In this document: positions 10,420 to 21,690 of the stretch, in pieces | Layout: every line of letters begins with the position of its first letter | Numbering within the stretch: the stretch's first letter is position 1 | Assembly (NCBI GenBank): GCA_963793105.1 | Contig: CAWBZB010000003.1 | Location: 453,155 to 517,154 of the forward strand | Source: an uncultured bacterium | GTDB lineage: Bacteria > Actinomycetota > Actinomycetes > S36-B12 | Reading direction: 5' to 3' | Length of the DNA stretch: 64,000 nt | Position numbers and translations under genes: made by a program | The notes under the pieces: model-generated | Seen by the model: only the letters and a program-made list of their open reading frames with translations | What the model was told of the DNA's origin: nothing | Databases searched by the model: none

Positions 10420-11331
10420 CTATAGCCGTGCCCGCAGTCGATCGGCCAGCGCCGGACCGGCCAGATCCCTCCAGCCCCAGCGCAGGACCTGCAGGCCCGC
10501 CGCCCGGAGATCGTCCTCGCGCCGCTTCTCCGCGTAGAGGGCCTCCGGGTCGTCGTACTTCAGCCGGCCGTCGCACTCCCCGACCAGCCTGACGTGGTCC
10601 CAGTAGAAGTCCACCCGGCCGAGGAGCCGACCGCCGACCCCGCGCACCTCGACCTGCATGCGGGGCAGCGGCAGGTCATGCCGCACGAAGTAGGCCCAGG
10701 ACCCGGACTCGAGCACCGACTCCCGCAAGGCGTCCACATGCTCCAGGGCCACGGCAGCCCGACGACAGCCACGCATGCCCGCGGCAGCCACCACGTACGA
10801 CGCTAGGTCCTCGAACCGCGCTGCACCCCCGCGCAGGGCGGCGTCCCCAGCCGACAGCGCGTCGGACAGCGGGCGGGTCCGGGCGATGTCGAACCAGGTC
10901 CTCGCGGGCGAGGTGAGAGCCACGCCCTCATCGATGATGTCCGCGACGCCCAGGTCCAGTTCCCGGAAGCTGACTCCGCTGCGCCGGCCCGACCACTGCC
11001 CGGGTGGGACGAGCAGAGTCACCCTCGACGGCACCCCCGTGAACAACGGGAGGCCGTGGAGCAGCGCCGCGCTCTCGTAGCCGACCACGGCGTCGGGGTT
11101 GCGTCGGGCGGCCGCGACCACTCGATGGACGTGATCCAGCCGCGCCCGAGCGAAGGCGTCGAACCCGACGGGCGCCCAGTCCGTGCTCCGATAGGCGTCC
11201 CGTGCCAGGCGCTCCCACCGGCCGGAGGCGACGCGGTACCTCGCCTGATCCGCGCTGAGGCCGGTCTCGACGGCGGCAGCCAGAGGGAACACCGTCGGCA
11301 GTGGCGGATCGGCTCCCAGGCGTCGTGGCAT
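10420..11331 (-). CDS. AbiEi-like N-terminal domain + DUF559/Vsr-like endonuclease-fold protein
   Basis: GLSADQARYRVASGRWERLARDAY, GYESAALLHGL, TSPARTWFDIAR, ESVLES, RVDFYW...VGECDGRLKY...EKRREDDLRAAGLQVLRW. Confidence 0.75.
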   Translation of the reverse strand: MPRRLGADPPLPTVFPLAAAVETGLSADQARYRVASGRWERLARDAYRSTDWAPVGFDAFARARLDHVHRVVAAARRNPDAVVGYESAALLHGLPLFTGVPSRVTLLVPPGQWSGRRSGVSFRELDLGVADIIDEGVALTSPARTWFDIARTRPLSDALSAGDAALRGGAARFEDLASYVVAAAGMRGCRRAAVALEHVDALRESVLESGSWAYFVRHDLPLPRMQVEVRGVGGRLLGRVDFYWDHVRLVGECDGRLKYDDPEALYAEKRREDDLRAAGLQVLRWGWRDLAGPALADRLRARL

Positions 11332-11409
11332 GGCGTCACGATGCAGCGCGCGGCGGGCGGTGGCGCTCGGGATGTCGCTCCGGTGGATGGCTGCCACGGC
11401 CCTGTGGAT

Positions 11410-11474
11410 CGCCGACCCCTGCACCAATCGGGGCCAACGGGCACCGGTGGTCCCGATTGGTGCAGGGGTCGGCG
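11410..11474. repeat. REP-like hairpin, family 1, copy B
   Basis: Perfect 23-bp inverted repeat CGCCGACCCCTGCACCAATCGGG / CCCGATTGGTGCAGGGGTCGGCG. Confidence 0.85.
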
Positions 11475-11491
11475 GAAGGCGGGGCGGGCAG

Positions 11492-12263
11492 TCAGGGGAC
11501 GGTGACGGCTCGGGCGCCCAGGGCGAACGCGGTCGCCTGCCACACGATGAACTCCGACACCCCGGCGCGGGAGCCCGACCGCATACGCCCGCAGGGCCTG
11601 TACATAGGCCGGGCGGCCGAGCTCGAGCATGCCGTGCTCCGGGATGCTGAACAGCGACGGGTCGACCCCGCGGCCGGCGAGAACCAGGCGCGTCGTCGCC
11701 CGCGCCAGCAGACCGGACCCCCAGGCGAACGGCCGCAGGACCGCCACCTCCCCGTGGGCGATCGCCGCCACCACGAGCGCCGGCGCCTGCGTGGGCGCGG
11801 TCAGGGTGCGGGCCAGCAGCGCGAGCCGGTCCGCGGCGGCGGCCGCCGGCACGACGGGACCGAGGTTCAGTGGATCGTCGGCGGTGTCCACCCGGCGTGG
11901 TCGGCCCAAGCCTTCGGACGGCTCGAATCCCGTCGCCGTCAGGGCGTGCAGGTGCGCGAGGGCCTGCAGCGGGGCTCGCGAGAAGACGTCCACCTGCGTC
12001 GGGACGGCCGCCGTCAGCCTGAGCGCGGCATCCAGCACGCGGCCCATCGGGGACTCGTCGGGGAGCACGAGGTCGGCGCCGTCGATGGCCGCGGAGTCGC
12101 GGGCTCCACGCTGGATCGACGCAGACGCCACCTCCGCCGCCGCACCGCGCACGTCGCGCCGCCACAGCAGCGCGTCGATCTCCTCCCTGGCCGCGAGGAC
12201 GGCGGCCGCCACCGTCTCGTCGGCGGCGAGGACGGCGAGGGGGTCACTCCGGGTCTCGGACAC
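11492..12263 (-). CDS. Fic/Fido-like conserved protein (Rv3662c family); apparent +1 frameshift near 11580
   Basis: PLQALAHLH, AAIAHGEVAVLRPFAWGSGLLARA (degenerate Fic motif); removing one G gives ...YASGSRAGVSEFIVWQATAFALGARAVTVP-stop at 11492. Confidence 0.7.
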
Positions 12264-12302
12264 AGCCCCCATCTAACCGACTGCTTTGGTTCACTAGTGA
12301 TC

Positions 12303-14285
<1,983 letters not shown>

Positions 14286-14323
14286 CGTTCCGCGCCCTCG
14301 GAGCGGTTGGCTAGGGTGAACGG

Positions 14324-15607
14324 ATGAGCAGCAACGAGTTCCTAGCACGTCCCGGGCTCAGCCAGGTCACCTGGTTGCGGGAGCAGCTGCGGGACGAGAC
14401 GTTCGGCGGGATCATCCTGCTCATCGCGGCCACGGTGGCCCTGGTCTGGGCGAACTCCCCATGGGGCGACAGCTATTCGGCGCTGGTCGACACCAAGGTG
14501 GGGCCGATATCCCTGCACCTGGACCTGCCGCTCGGTATCTGGGCCGCCGACGGTCTGCTGGCCGTGTTCTTCTTCGTGGTCGGACTGGAGCTCAAGCACG
14601 AACTGACGGTCGGCTCCCTCTCGCACATGCGGGAGGCAGTGGTGCCGGCGGCGGCTGCGATCGGCGGCATGGTGGTGCCGGCGGCGATCTTCGTCGCTGT
14701 GAACATGGCGGCCCCTGACGGTGACGTCTCGGGCTGGGGAATCCCGATGGCGACTGACATCGCCTTCGCCCTGGCCGTCCTGGCGGTCGTCGGACGCCGG
14801 CTCCCCGTCGCCCTGCGGGCCTTCCTCCTCACCCTCGCGGTCGTCGACGACCTCGGCGCCATCACCGTCATCGCGATCTTCTACTCCGACAAGTTCTCCC
14901 TGCTGTGGTTCACGGCCGCGCTGGCGACCTTCGTCATCTACGCCCTGGCGCAGCGGCGTCGCATCACCACGCCCTTCCTGTACGTGCCGCTCGTGCTTCT
15001 GGGCTGGTACTTCACCCACGAGAGCGGCGTGCACGCCACCATCGCCGGCGTGGTCTTCGGGTTCCTCACGCGGGTGCGCCCCGACCCGGGCGAGAAGGAG
15101 TCCCCCGCGGACCGGCTCGGGCACCGGATCCACCCGATCAGTGCCGGCCTGTGCGTTCCGCTGTTCGCGTTCTTCGCCGCTGGCGTCGACTTCCGTTCCG
15201 TCGGGTTCGCCGACTCGCTCACGACCCCGGTGGCGATCGGCGTGATCCTGGGCCTGGTCGTCGGCAAGCCGCTGGGGGTGCTGGCGGCTGCCTGGCTCAC
15301 CGCCCGCTTCACGCGGGCCAGCCTCAACGCGGACATGGCCTGGCGTGACGTCGGGGCAATCGGGGTCCTGGCCGGAATCGGTTTCACGGTGGCCCTGCTC
15401 ATCACCGAGCTGGCCTACAAGACCGAGGAGGGCCTGCTGGACTCCGCGAAGGTCGCCGTCCTCACGGCGTCCGTCGCCGCTGCCGTCCTTGCGGCGATCG
15501 TGCTGCGCGCGCGCAACCGCCACTACGCGGAGGTCTACGCCCGCGAGGAGCTCGACGAGGATCACGACGGAATCCCGGACGTGTACGAGGCCGACGACTC
15601 CCGATAG
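14324..15607 (+). CDS. nhaA: Na+/H+ antiporter NhaA
   Basis: GWGIPMATDIAF, LAVVDDLG, SGVHAT, GKPLG, AGIGFTV. Confidence 0.95.
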   Translation: MSSNEFLARPGLSQVTWLREQLRDETFGGIILLIAATVALVWANSPWGDSYSALVDTKVGPISLHLDLPLGIWAADGLLAVFFFVVGLELKHELTVGSLSHMREAVVPAAAAIGGMVVPAAIFVAVNMAAPDGDVSGWGIPMATDIAFALAVLAVVGRRLPVALRAFLLTLAVVDDLGAITVIAIFYSDKFSLLWFTAALATFVIYALAQRRRITTPFLYVPLVLLGWYFTHESGVHATIAGVVFGFLTRVRPDPGEKESPADRLGHRIHPISAGLCVPLFAFFAAGVDFRSVGFADSLTTPVAIGVILGLVVGKPLGVLAAAWLTARFTRASLNADMAWRDVGAIGVLAGIGFTVALLITELAYKTEEGLLDSAKVAVLTASVAAAVLAAIVLRARNRHYAEVYAREELDEDHDGIPDVYEADDSR

Positions 15608-15638
15608 CCTTCGGGAACCTGCCCAATCGGAGGACGAC

Positions 15639-16055
15639 ATGCCACCCCAGCCCCAGCCGAGCATCAAGGACCTGGTCACCAAGACCGTCGCTGACGCGCA
15701 GCGACTGGCCAAGGCGCAGGCCGACCTCTTCAAGACGGAGATGACGGAGTCCGGCACCAAGGTCGGGATCGGCGGTGCGCTGGGCCTGGCCACGATGCTG
15801 GTCGCCGTCTTCGCCGTGCTCTTCCTCCTCCTCACGATCGCCTTCGTCCTCGTCGCGCTCGGACTGCCGATCTGGGCCGGCATGCTGATCGTCGCGGTGC
15901 TGCTGATCATCACTGCGGCCATCACGGCCTTCCTTGCGAAGAGGAACTTCGACGAGGCGACTCCGCCGACCATCGCGATGGCCGAGCTGGAGAAGACCAA
16001 GGCTGCCCTCTCGGGCCGGCCGGCTGCCGAGGCGCCTGAAGTCACGGGCACGTAG
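15639..16055 (+). CDS. Actinobacterial holin-X-like membrane protein (DUF1469 / phage holin family annotation)
   Basis: Amphipathic N-terminus LAKAQADLFKTEM plus two TM helices; conserved position between nhaA and the hydrolase; GGAGG RBS. Confidence 0.75.
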   Translation: MPPQPQPSIKDLVTKTVADAQRLAKAQADLFKTEMTESGTKVGIGGALGLATMLVAVFAVLFLLLTIAFVLVALGLPIWAGMLIVAVLLIITAAITAFLAKRNFDEATPPTIAMAELEKTKAALSGRPAAEAPEVTGT

Positions 16056-16059
16056 GCAC

Positions 16060-16980
16060 GTGCCCCTGCCTGAACCCGATGCAGCCATCCGGGTCGCCGG
16101 ACCGTGGACGCACCGGGATGTCTCGGCGAACGGTGCCCGTTTCCACGTCGTCGACATCGGCGACGGTCCCGCCGTCCTGCTGCTGCACGGCTTCCCGACC
16201 TTCTGGTGGACCTGGCGCGACCAGCTGACGGCCCTCGCCGCGGCCGGCTACCGCGCGATCGCCATGGACCTGCGCGGCTACGGCGGCTCGGACCACCCGC
16301 CCGAGGGGTACGACCCCCGGACCCTGTCAGCCGACGTGGCTGGCGTGATCCGCAGCATGGGCGTCCAGGAGGCGGTGATCGTCGGGCACGGCTGGGGAGG
16401 CCTGGTGGCGTGGTCGACCGCGGTCCTGGAGCCCGAGGTCGTGCGGGCCATCGTCCCGGTGTCCATGCCGCACCCGCGCACGCTGCGCCGAGCCCTCCTG
16501 ACGGACGGCAGCCAGCGCGCGGCGATGAGGTACGCGATCGGATTCCAGTGGCCGTTCCTTCCCGAGCGGTCACTCACCGCGCGCGACGGGGAGCGGGTGC
16601 GCGACCTGCTTTCCGAGTGGTCCCTCGACGACTCCTGGCTCGACGACGCCACGGCCGACACGTTCCGCAGCGCGTTCCTGCGCTGGCCGACCGCGCACAC
16701 GGCGGTCGAGTACCACCGATGGGCCGCGCGCTCGTCGATCCGCCCCGACGGCATCAGCTACATGTCCCTGATGGAGGCTCCGGTCCAGCGCGCCGTCCTG
16801 CAACTGCACGGAGCGCAGGATCCCATGATGCTTGCCTCCTCCGTCGAGGGCAGCGACGCCTACGTTCGCGCCCCGTACACCCGGATCGATCTGGAGACCG
16901 GTCACTTCCCTCACGAGGAGCAGCCGGAGCAGTTCACCGCCGCGCTCACCGACTGGTTGCGCGACGTCGAGCGACCATGA
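16060..16980 (+). CDS. Alpha/beta hydrolase (epoxide hydrolase EphE-like)
   Basis: LLHGFP, DLRGYGGSD, VGHGWGG, GHFPHEEQP. Confidence 0.88.
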   Translation: MPLPEPDAAIRVAGPWTHRDVSANGARFHVVDIGDGPAVLLLHGFPTFWWTWRDQLTALAAAGYRAIAMDLRGYGGSDHPPEGYDPRTLSADVAGVIRSMGVQEAVIVGHGWGGLVAWSTAVLEPEVVRAIVPVSMPHPRTLRRALLTDGSQRAAMRYAIGFQWPFLPERSLTARDGERVRDLLSEWSLDDSWLDDATADTFRSAFLRWPTAHTAVEYHRWAARSSIRPDGISYMSLMEAPVQRAVLQLHGAQDPMMLASSVEGSDAYVRAPYTRIDLETGHFPHEEQPEQFTAALTDWLRDVERP

Positions 16981-17417
16981 CGCCGGATCGGCCTCGCGAC
17001 CGGCTCGGCAGGCCGCTGCCCCACGACGCGGATCCCGAACGCGTGGCTCCCGGCATCCCGGACGTGGACGACCTGTCCGACGACCAGGTGTGGCAGCTCG
17101 GCGTGGACTACCTGGCCCGGGGCATGCCCTTCCACGCACACGAGGTCTTCGAGATGCGCTGGCGGACGGCGAGCCCGGCGGCGCGGGACGCGTGGCGTGG
17201 CCTGGCGCAGTGGGGGGCCGCCCTGACCCATCGCGCACGGGGCAACACCGTGGGTTCCCGGGCACTGGCGGCCAGGACACTCGACACGCTGTCCGGTGCC
17301 GGCCACGTCCCGCCATGCGTCGATCTGCCGCGCATCGAGGCGACCTGCCGCGAGATTCTCGGCGAGAGCGGGGCCGTGGGCGGCGCCGGAAGCGACGAGC
17401 CGAAGGGTGCACCGTGA
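16977..17417 (+). CDS. DUF309-domain protein
   Basis: RPRDRLGRPLP, PFHAHEVFEMRW, WRGLAQ, H..RGN; ATGA overlap with the hydrolase. Confidence 0.8.
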   Translation: MTPDRPRDRLGRPLPHDADPERVAPGIPDVDDLSDDQVWQLGVDYLARGMPFHAHEVFEMRWRTASPAARDAWRGLAQWGAALTHRARGNTVGSRALAARTLDTLSGAGHVPPCVDLPRIEATCREILGESGAVGGAGSDEPKGAP

Positions 17418-17587
17418 AGGGCATCGTGTTCACGGAGTTCCTCGACATGGTCGACTCCGTCTACTCGCCCGAGGTCGTCGAGGACATCATCGAGGCGAGC
17501 GAGCTCGCGTCCGCAGGGCCGTACACGGCGGTCGGCACCTATCCCTCCCTCCCTTGGGATGGAGACCCTCGCGAGTGCCCTGCCTGA
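17414..17587 (+). pseudogene. Truncated heme NO-binding (H-NOX/HNOB) domain gene
   Basis: MKGIVFTEFLDMV...IIEASEL...YTAVGTY matches the H-NOX N-terminus, then drifts and stops after 57 aa. Confidence 0.7.
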
Positions 17588-17630
17588 TCGTGTGGAGACG
17601 CCGGAGCCCGCGGCCGGTGGCCGAGTCGGA

Positions 17631-18233
17631 CTAGGCCGCCGTGAGGCCGCCGAGGAGGGCGTCCAGCATGCCGCCGAAGGTCTGGCCCGCGTCCGCGGTG
17701 AAGCTGATGCCCGCCAGTTCCAGGCTGACCGCCCCGTGGATCGCGGCCCAGATCTGCTGGGCGATCTCGACGTCGTCCTCCGCAGCAAGCTGACCGGACT
17801 CCATCGCGTCGCCAACCCGAACCACCAGTTCGCCAAACGTGGACGCCGCGCGGTCGAGCGCCTCCTGCGAGAGTTCGAGCTCGAGCATCTGCTGGAACAT
17901 GAGCTGGTACAGGTGCGGATGGCCGATGGCGAAGTCCCGGTACGCCCCGCACCCCCTGCGCAGTCGACTGAGCGCATCCGGCCCGCTGGCCGACGTGATC
18001 GCGTGATGGAGCTCGTCGAAGCCACGGACGAACAGGGCCTCGAGCAACCCGTCCTTGCCGCCGAACCGCGAGTACACGCCCATGGGTGCCACGCCCGCGT
18101 GGGCGGCGACGGACCGCACGGTGATCGCCTCGGTTCCGCCTTCCTCGAGCAGGGCGAGTGCCGCGGTCTCCAGGGACTCGCTGACCTCGGCGCTCGCGGT
18201 TCGCGATCGGGCCGGGGGTTGCGGACGCGTCAT
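17631..18233 (-). CDS. TetR/AcrR-family regulator with WHG-like C-terminal domain
   Basis: ITVRSVAAHAGVAPMGVYSRFGGKDGL HTH; WAAIHGAVSLE. Confidence 0.9.
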   Translation of the reverse strand: MTRPQPPARSRTASAEVSESLETAALALLEEGGTEAITVRSVAAHAGVAPMGVYSRFGGKDGLLEALFVRGFDELHHAITSASGPDALSRLRRGCGAYRDFAIGHPHLYQLMFQQMLELELSQEALDRAASTFGELVVRVGDAMESGQLAAEDDVEIAQQIWAAIHGAVSLELAGISFTADAGQTFGGMLDALLGGLTAA

Positions 18234-18257
18234 GACTCTAGTATAACGTACTACCAA

Positions 18258-18276
18258 TATAGAACATTGTTATATA
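18258..18276. promoter_or_regulatory. Putative TetR operator in the divergent tetR/MFS promoter
   Basis: AT-rich near-palindrome TATAGAACA-T-TGTTATATA; a second inverted repeat TAGTA-N5-TACTA at 18239-18253. Confidence 0.6.
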
Positions 18277-18285
18277 GGAGCCACC

Positions 18286-19921
18286 ATGAGCATGACCGCC
18301 GCGGGTACCCGCAACGCCCGCCTCCATGACCTCGCCCATCGCCGTCGCTGGGCGATCCTCGCCGTGCTGTGCCTCAGCCTGCTGATGGTCGTGATCGACA
18401 ACACGATCGTGAATGTGGCCCTCCCGACCCTCAGCAACGACCTCGACGCATCGACGACCGAGCTGCAGTGGATCGTCGACGCGTACACGCTGGTCTTCAG
18501 CGCACTCCTGCTGGCCTTCGGCCACTTCGGCGACCGGTTCGGGCGCAAGCTGGCCCTCCAGCTCGGGCTGGTGATCTTCGCCGCGACCTCACTCCTCGCC
18601 GCACTGGCGACCACGTCCACTCAGCTCATCGGTGCCCGTGCCCTGATGGGAATCGGCGCGGCTTTCGTGTTCCCGGCGACCCTGGCCATCCTCGTCAACG
18701 TCTTCACGGACCGCCGCGAGCGCGCCACCGCCATCGGCATCTGGTCGGCATGCACCGGACTGGCGGTCGCCCTCGGTCCGGTGACCGGCGGCTATCCTGC
18801 TCGAGCACTTCGCCTGGGGTTCGATCTTCCTGGTCAACCTGCCGCTGGCCGCCATCGCCGTCGTGGCCGGCTGGTTCCTCATCCCGACCTCCCGTGACCC
18901 GCAGACGGGGGCCATGGACCATCTCGGCCTCGCCCTGTCGGCGGCCGGCGTCGCCCTCGTCGTGTGGTCGATCATCGAGGCGCCCCACCGAGGCTGGACC
19001 GACTCGCTCGTCATCAGTGGCGGAATCGTCGGGCTGACCCTCCTGACGATGTTCGTCGCCTGGGAACGCCGCGTCGCGCACCCGCTGCTGGACGTCTCGC
19101 TGTTCCGCAACGCACGGTTCAGCGCCGCGAGCCTGTCGGTGACCTCCGCCTTCTTCGCCCTCTTCGGCTTCATCTTCCTCATCACCCAGTTCCTGCAGCT
19201 GGTCCAGGGCTTCTCACCCCTCGAGGCCGGCCTGCGAACCCTGCCCTTCGCGATCGCGACCGGAGTCACGTCCCCGCTGGCCATCGTCGCCATGCACCGC
19301 TGGGGGTCGAAGCTGGTCGTCGCAGCCGGGCTCGCCGTCATGTCCGCCGGCTTCGTGATCGCCGCCCGGATCGAGGTCGACACCCCCTACGTCGGCCTCA
19401 CCCTCCTGAGCATGGTCACCATCGCCATCGGGCTGGGGCTCACCACCGGGCCGGCCACGGAGTCCATCATGGGGGCCCTCCCGGAGGACAAGGCCGGGGT
19501 GGGCTCGGCGGTGAACGACACGACGCGTGAGTTCGGTGGCACCCTCGGCGTAGCCGTCGTCGGGTCGGTATTCGCCAGCATCTACGGTGCGAGCCTGGTG
19601 AACGCCCTCGAGCCCCTCGGCCTGCCGCAGGCGGTCATCGACTCCGTGGGCGAATCGATGGCGGCCGCGCTCTCCACCGCCCAGGCCCTTCCGGCGGACC
19701 TGGGCGGCGAGGTGATCCGCATCGCGCAGGAGTCGTTCGTCGACGGGCTCTCGTCCGGCTCCCTCGTCGCGGCCGGGGTGGCAGCAGCGGGAGCGGTCGT
19801 CGCGCTGGTCTTCCTGCCGGCCCGTCAGTCCCGGATCCGGCAGGTGCCCGTGTTCACGGACGTGTCGGACGACCTCCCGACGGCCATCGCCTCCGAGAGC
19901 TCCCCCGCGGTCAAGGCGTAG
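18286..19921 (+). CDS. DHA2 (14-TMS) MFS efflux transporter; apparent +1 frameshift near 18796
   Basis: DNTIVNVALP, QWIVDAYTL, GDRFGRK; removing one C from TATCCTG restores GGYLLEHFAWGSIFLVNLP. Confidence 0.88.
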
Positions 19922-21018
19922 CCGGTCGACTCGGCCTGCTCGTCGGCTCCGAACACGAGGCCGACGACCAGGCCGTCCGGGCGCAGCAGCGGCCCGCCGC
20001 TGTTGCCCGGGAGCACGGTCCCCCGGATCGCGTACACCTCGCGCTCCACGCCCGACGTCCCGTAGATGTCGTCCCCCAGGGCCGTCACGACCGTGCGGAC
20101 GCGGGCAGGCTCCGCGCGGTACGGGCTGGACTGCGGGAAGCCGGCGACGACGACCTCGTCACCCGAGGCGGCCAGTCCGGGTGCGAACGCCAGCGGTCGG
20201 ACATCGAGGTCGGGCACGGCCAGCACGGCCACGTCGGTGGCCGGATCGAAGTACACGACGGTCGCCCGCACGCCGCGCTCGTCGAGACTCCGGCGCACGC
20301 GCAGGTCCTCGACGCCGGCGACCACGTGGGCGTTGGTCAGGACACGGTCTCGCGTGAAGGCGAACCCCGAACCACTCACCGAGACGTCGCACTCGGACGC
20401 GTCCCCGTAGACCTGCACGACCGAGCGGCGTGCCCGGTCGACCGCCGACGTGACCGAGGCCGCGTCCGGGGGATCCACGTCCGGGCCGGTGATCTGCGCC
20501 AGCCCGGAGAAGATCCGAGGGACCTCGGTGGTGCCGACCAGGTCCCGCAGGTCGCCGAAGGCGTTGCGCGCCGTCGGCGGGACGATCGAGTCGAGCGCCA
20601 CCAGCACCCGCGACTGGGAGACCTGCTGGGACACCAGGGTGACGGGCAGGAAGGCCAGCGCGCTGGCCACGATCCAGACGACCATCGCCAGGGCCAGGAC
20701 GTTGAGGCCCGCCCCGGCGACGTTGTCGACGACCCGCGCCGGCCGCCAGGAGATGACACCGCGCAGGCGGTCGCCGAGAACGGACGCCGCGAACTGGCCG
20801 AGCAGCGCGGAGACGAGGATGCCGACGCCGAGGGTCGCGATCCGCAGCCACTCCGTCTCGATCAGCGCATCGATGATCGTCGGCAGCACGAGCGCCGCCA
20901 CGAGTCCGCCCCCCAGGAACCCCGCGAAGGACAGCAGGCCGGCGACGAAGCCGCGATGCCATCCGGCCCAGGCGAAGACCGCCACGGCGCCGATCAGGAT
21001 CCAGTCGACGAGGTTCAC
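19825..21018 (-). CDS. marP: MarP-family membrane serine protease
   Basis: CvpA-like TM N-terminus; TNAHVV, DVAVL and PGNSGGP catalytic motifs. Confidence 0.9.
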   Translation of the reverse strand: MNLVDWILIGAVAVFAWAGWHRGFVAGLLSFAGFLGGGLVAALVLPTIIDALIETEWLRIATLGVGILVSALLGQFAASVLGDRLRGVISWRPARVVDNVAGAGLNVLALAMVVWIVASALAFLPVTLVSQQVSQSRVLVALDSIVPPTARNAFGDLRDLVGTTEVPRIFSGLAQITGPDVDPPDAASVTSAVDRARRSVVQVYGDASECDVSVSGSGFAFTRDRVLTNAHVVAGVEDLRVRRSLDERGVRATVVYFDPATDVAVLAVPDLDVRPLAFAPGLAASGDEVVVAGFPQSSPYRAEPARVRTVVTALGDDIYGTSGVEREVYAIRGTVLPGNSGGPLLRPDGLVVGLVFGADEQAESTGYALTAGELSEAMAVGRSSDTSVNTGTCRIRD

Positions 21019-21019
21019 G

Positions 21020-21688
21020 TCACAGGTCCGGGGGAACGTCGAGGGGCACGATCCGGTCCTCGTCCCACGGCTCTGCCCAGCCCACGCGATCCAGCAGGCC
21101 GGAGATCAGCCCCGCGGTGAAGCCCCACACCAGCAGGCCGCTGACGTCGAAGGCCGGACCGATGAACCCGGACGGGTGCAGGACGCGGCAGCGATGGGCG
21201 GGCGCCACCAGGTCGGCGATGGGGACCCGGTGCACGCTGGACACCTCGGCCGGGTCCATGGCCGAGACGGCGGACGGCTCGCGCCAGAAGCCGAGCACCG
21301 GCGTCACGACATAGTTGGTGATCGGCACCCACAGGTCCGGCAGCGCGCCGAACACCAGGACGCCCGACGAGTCCAGCCCGGTCTCCTCGCGGGCCTCGCG
21401 CAGTGCCGCGCCCGCGGCGTCCTCGTCGTCCTCGTCCACCGCTCCGCCGGGGAAGGCCGGCTGCCCCGCGTGCGAGCGCATGGTGCTGGCCCGCTGGATC
21501 AGCAGGAGATCCCGGTCCCCGCTGAACAGGATGAGCACGGCCGAGTGCCGTCCCTCGCCGTGCGGAGGCACGAACCGGGTGAGCTCCTCCGCGGTGACGG
21601 ACGCGGCGACGTCGGCCACCGGACGCAGCCAGTCCGGGATCCGCTCGACCGCGTGGTCGTCGGTCCACCCCGTGCGCTCCCAGGTCAC
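21020..21688 (-). CDS. CoA pyrophosphatase (NUDIX)
   Basis: MRSHAGQPAFPGG, ALREAREETGL, VWGFTA. Confidence 0.9.
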   Translation of the reverse strand: MTWERTGWTDDHAVERIPDWLRPVADVAASVTAEELTRFVPPHGEGRHSAVLILFSGDRDLLLIQRASTMRSHAGQPAFPGGAVDEDDEDAAGAALREAREETGLDSSGVLVFGALPDLWVPITNYVVTPVLGFWREPSAVSAMDPAEVSSVHRVPIADLVAPAHRCRVLHPSGFIGPAFDVSGLLVWGFTAGLISGLLDRVGWAEPWDEDRIVPLDVPPDL

Positions 21689-21690
21689 GA

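Noticed and set aside
10420-11331. Complete type IV toxin-antitoxin (AbiE) module
   Set aside because: No AbiEii nucleotidyltransferase partner is adjacent.
11301-12302. N-terminal extension on acs (994-aa ORF)
   Set aside because: The upstream part is antisense to the Fic-like gene; Acs similarity starts at ~12303.
15639-16055. Holin-family gene as prophage evidence
   Set aside because: Conserved chromosomal membrane protein; no phage genes nearby.
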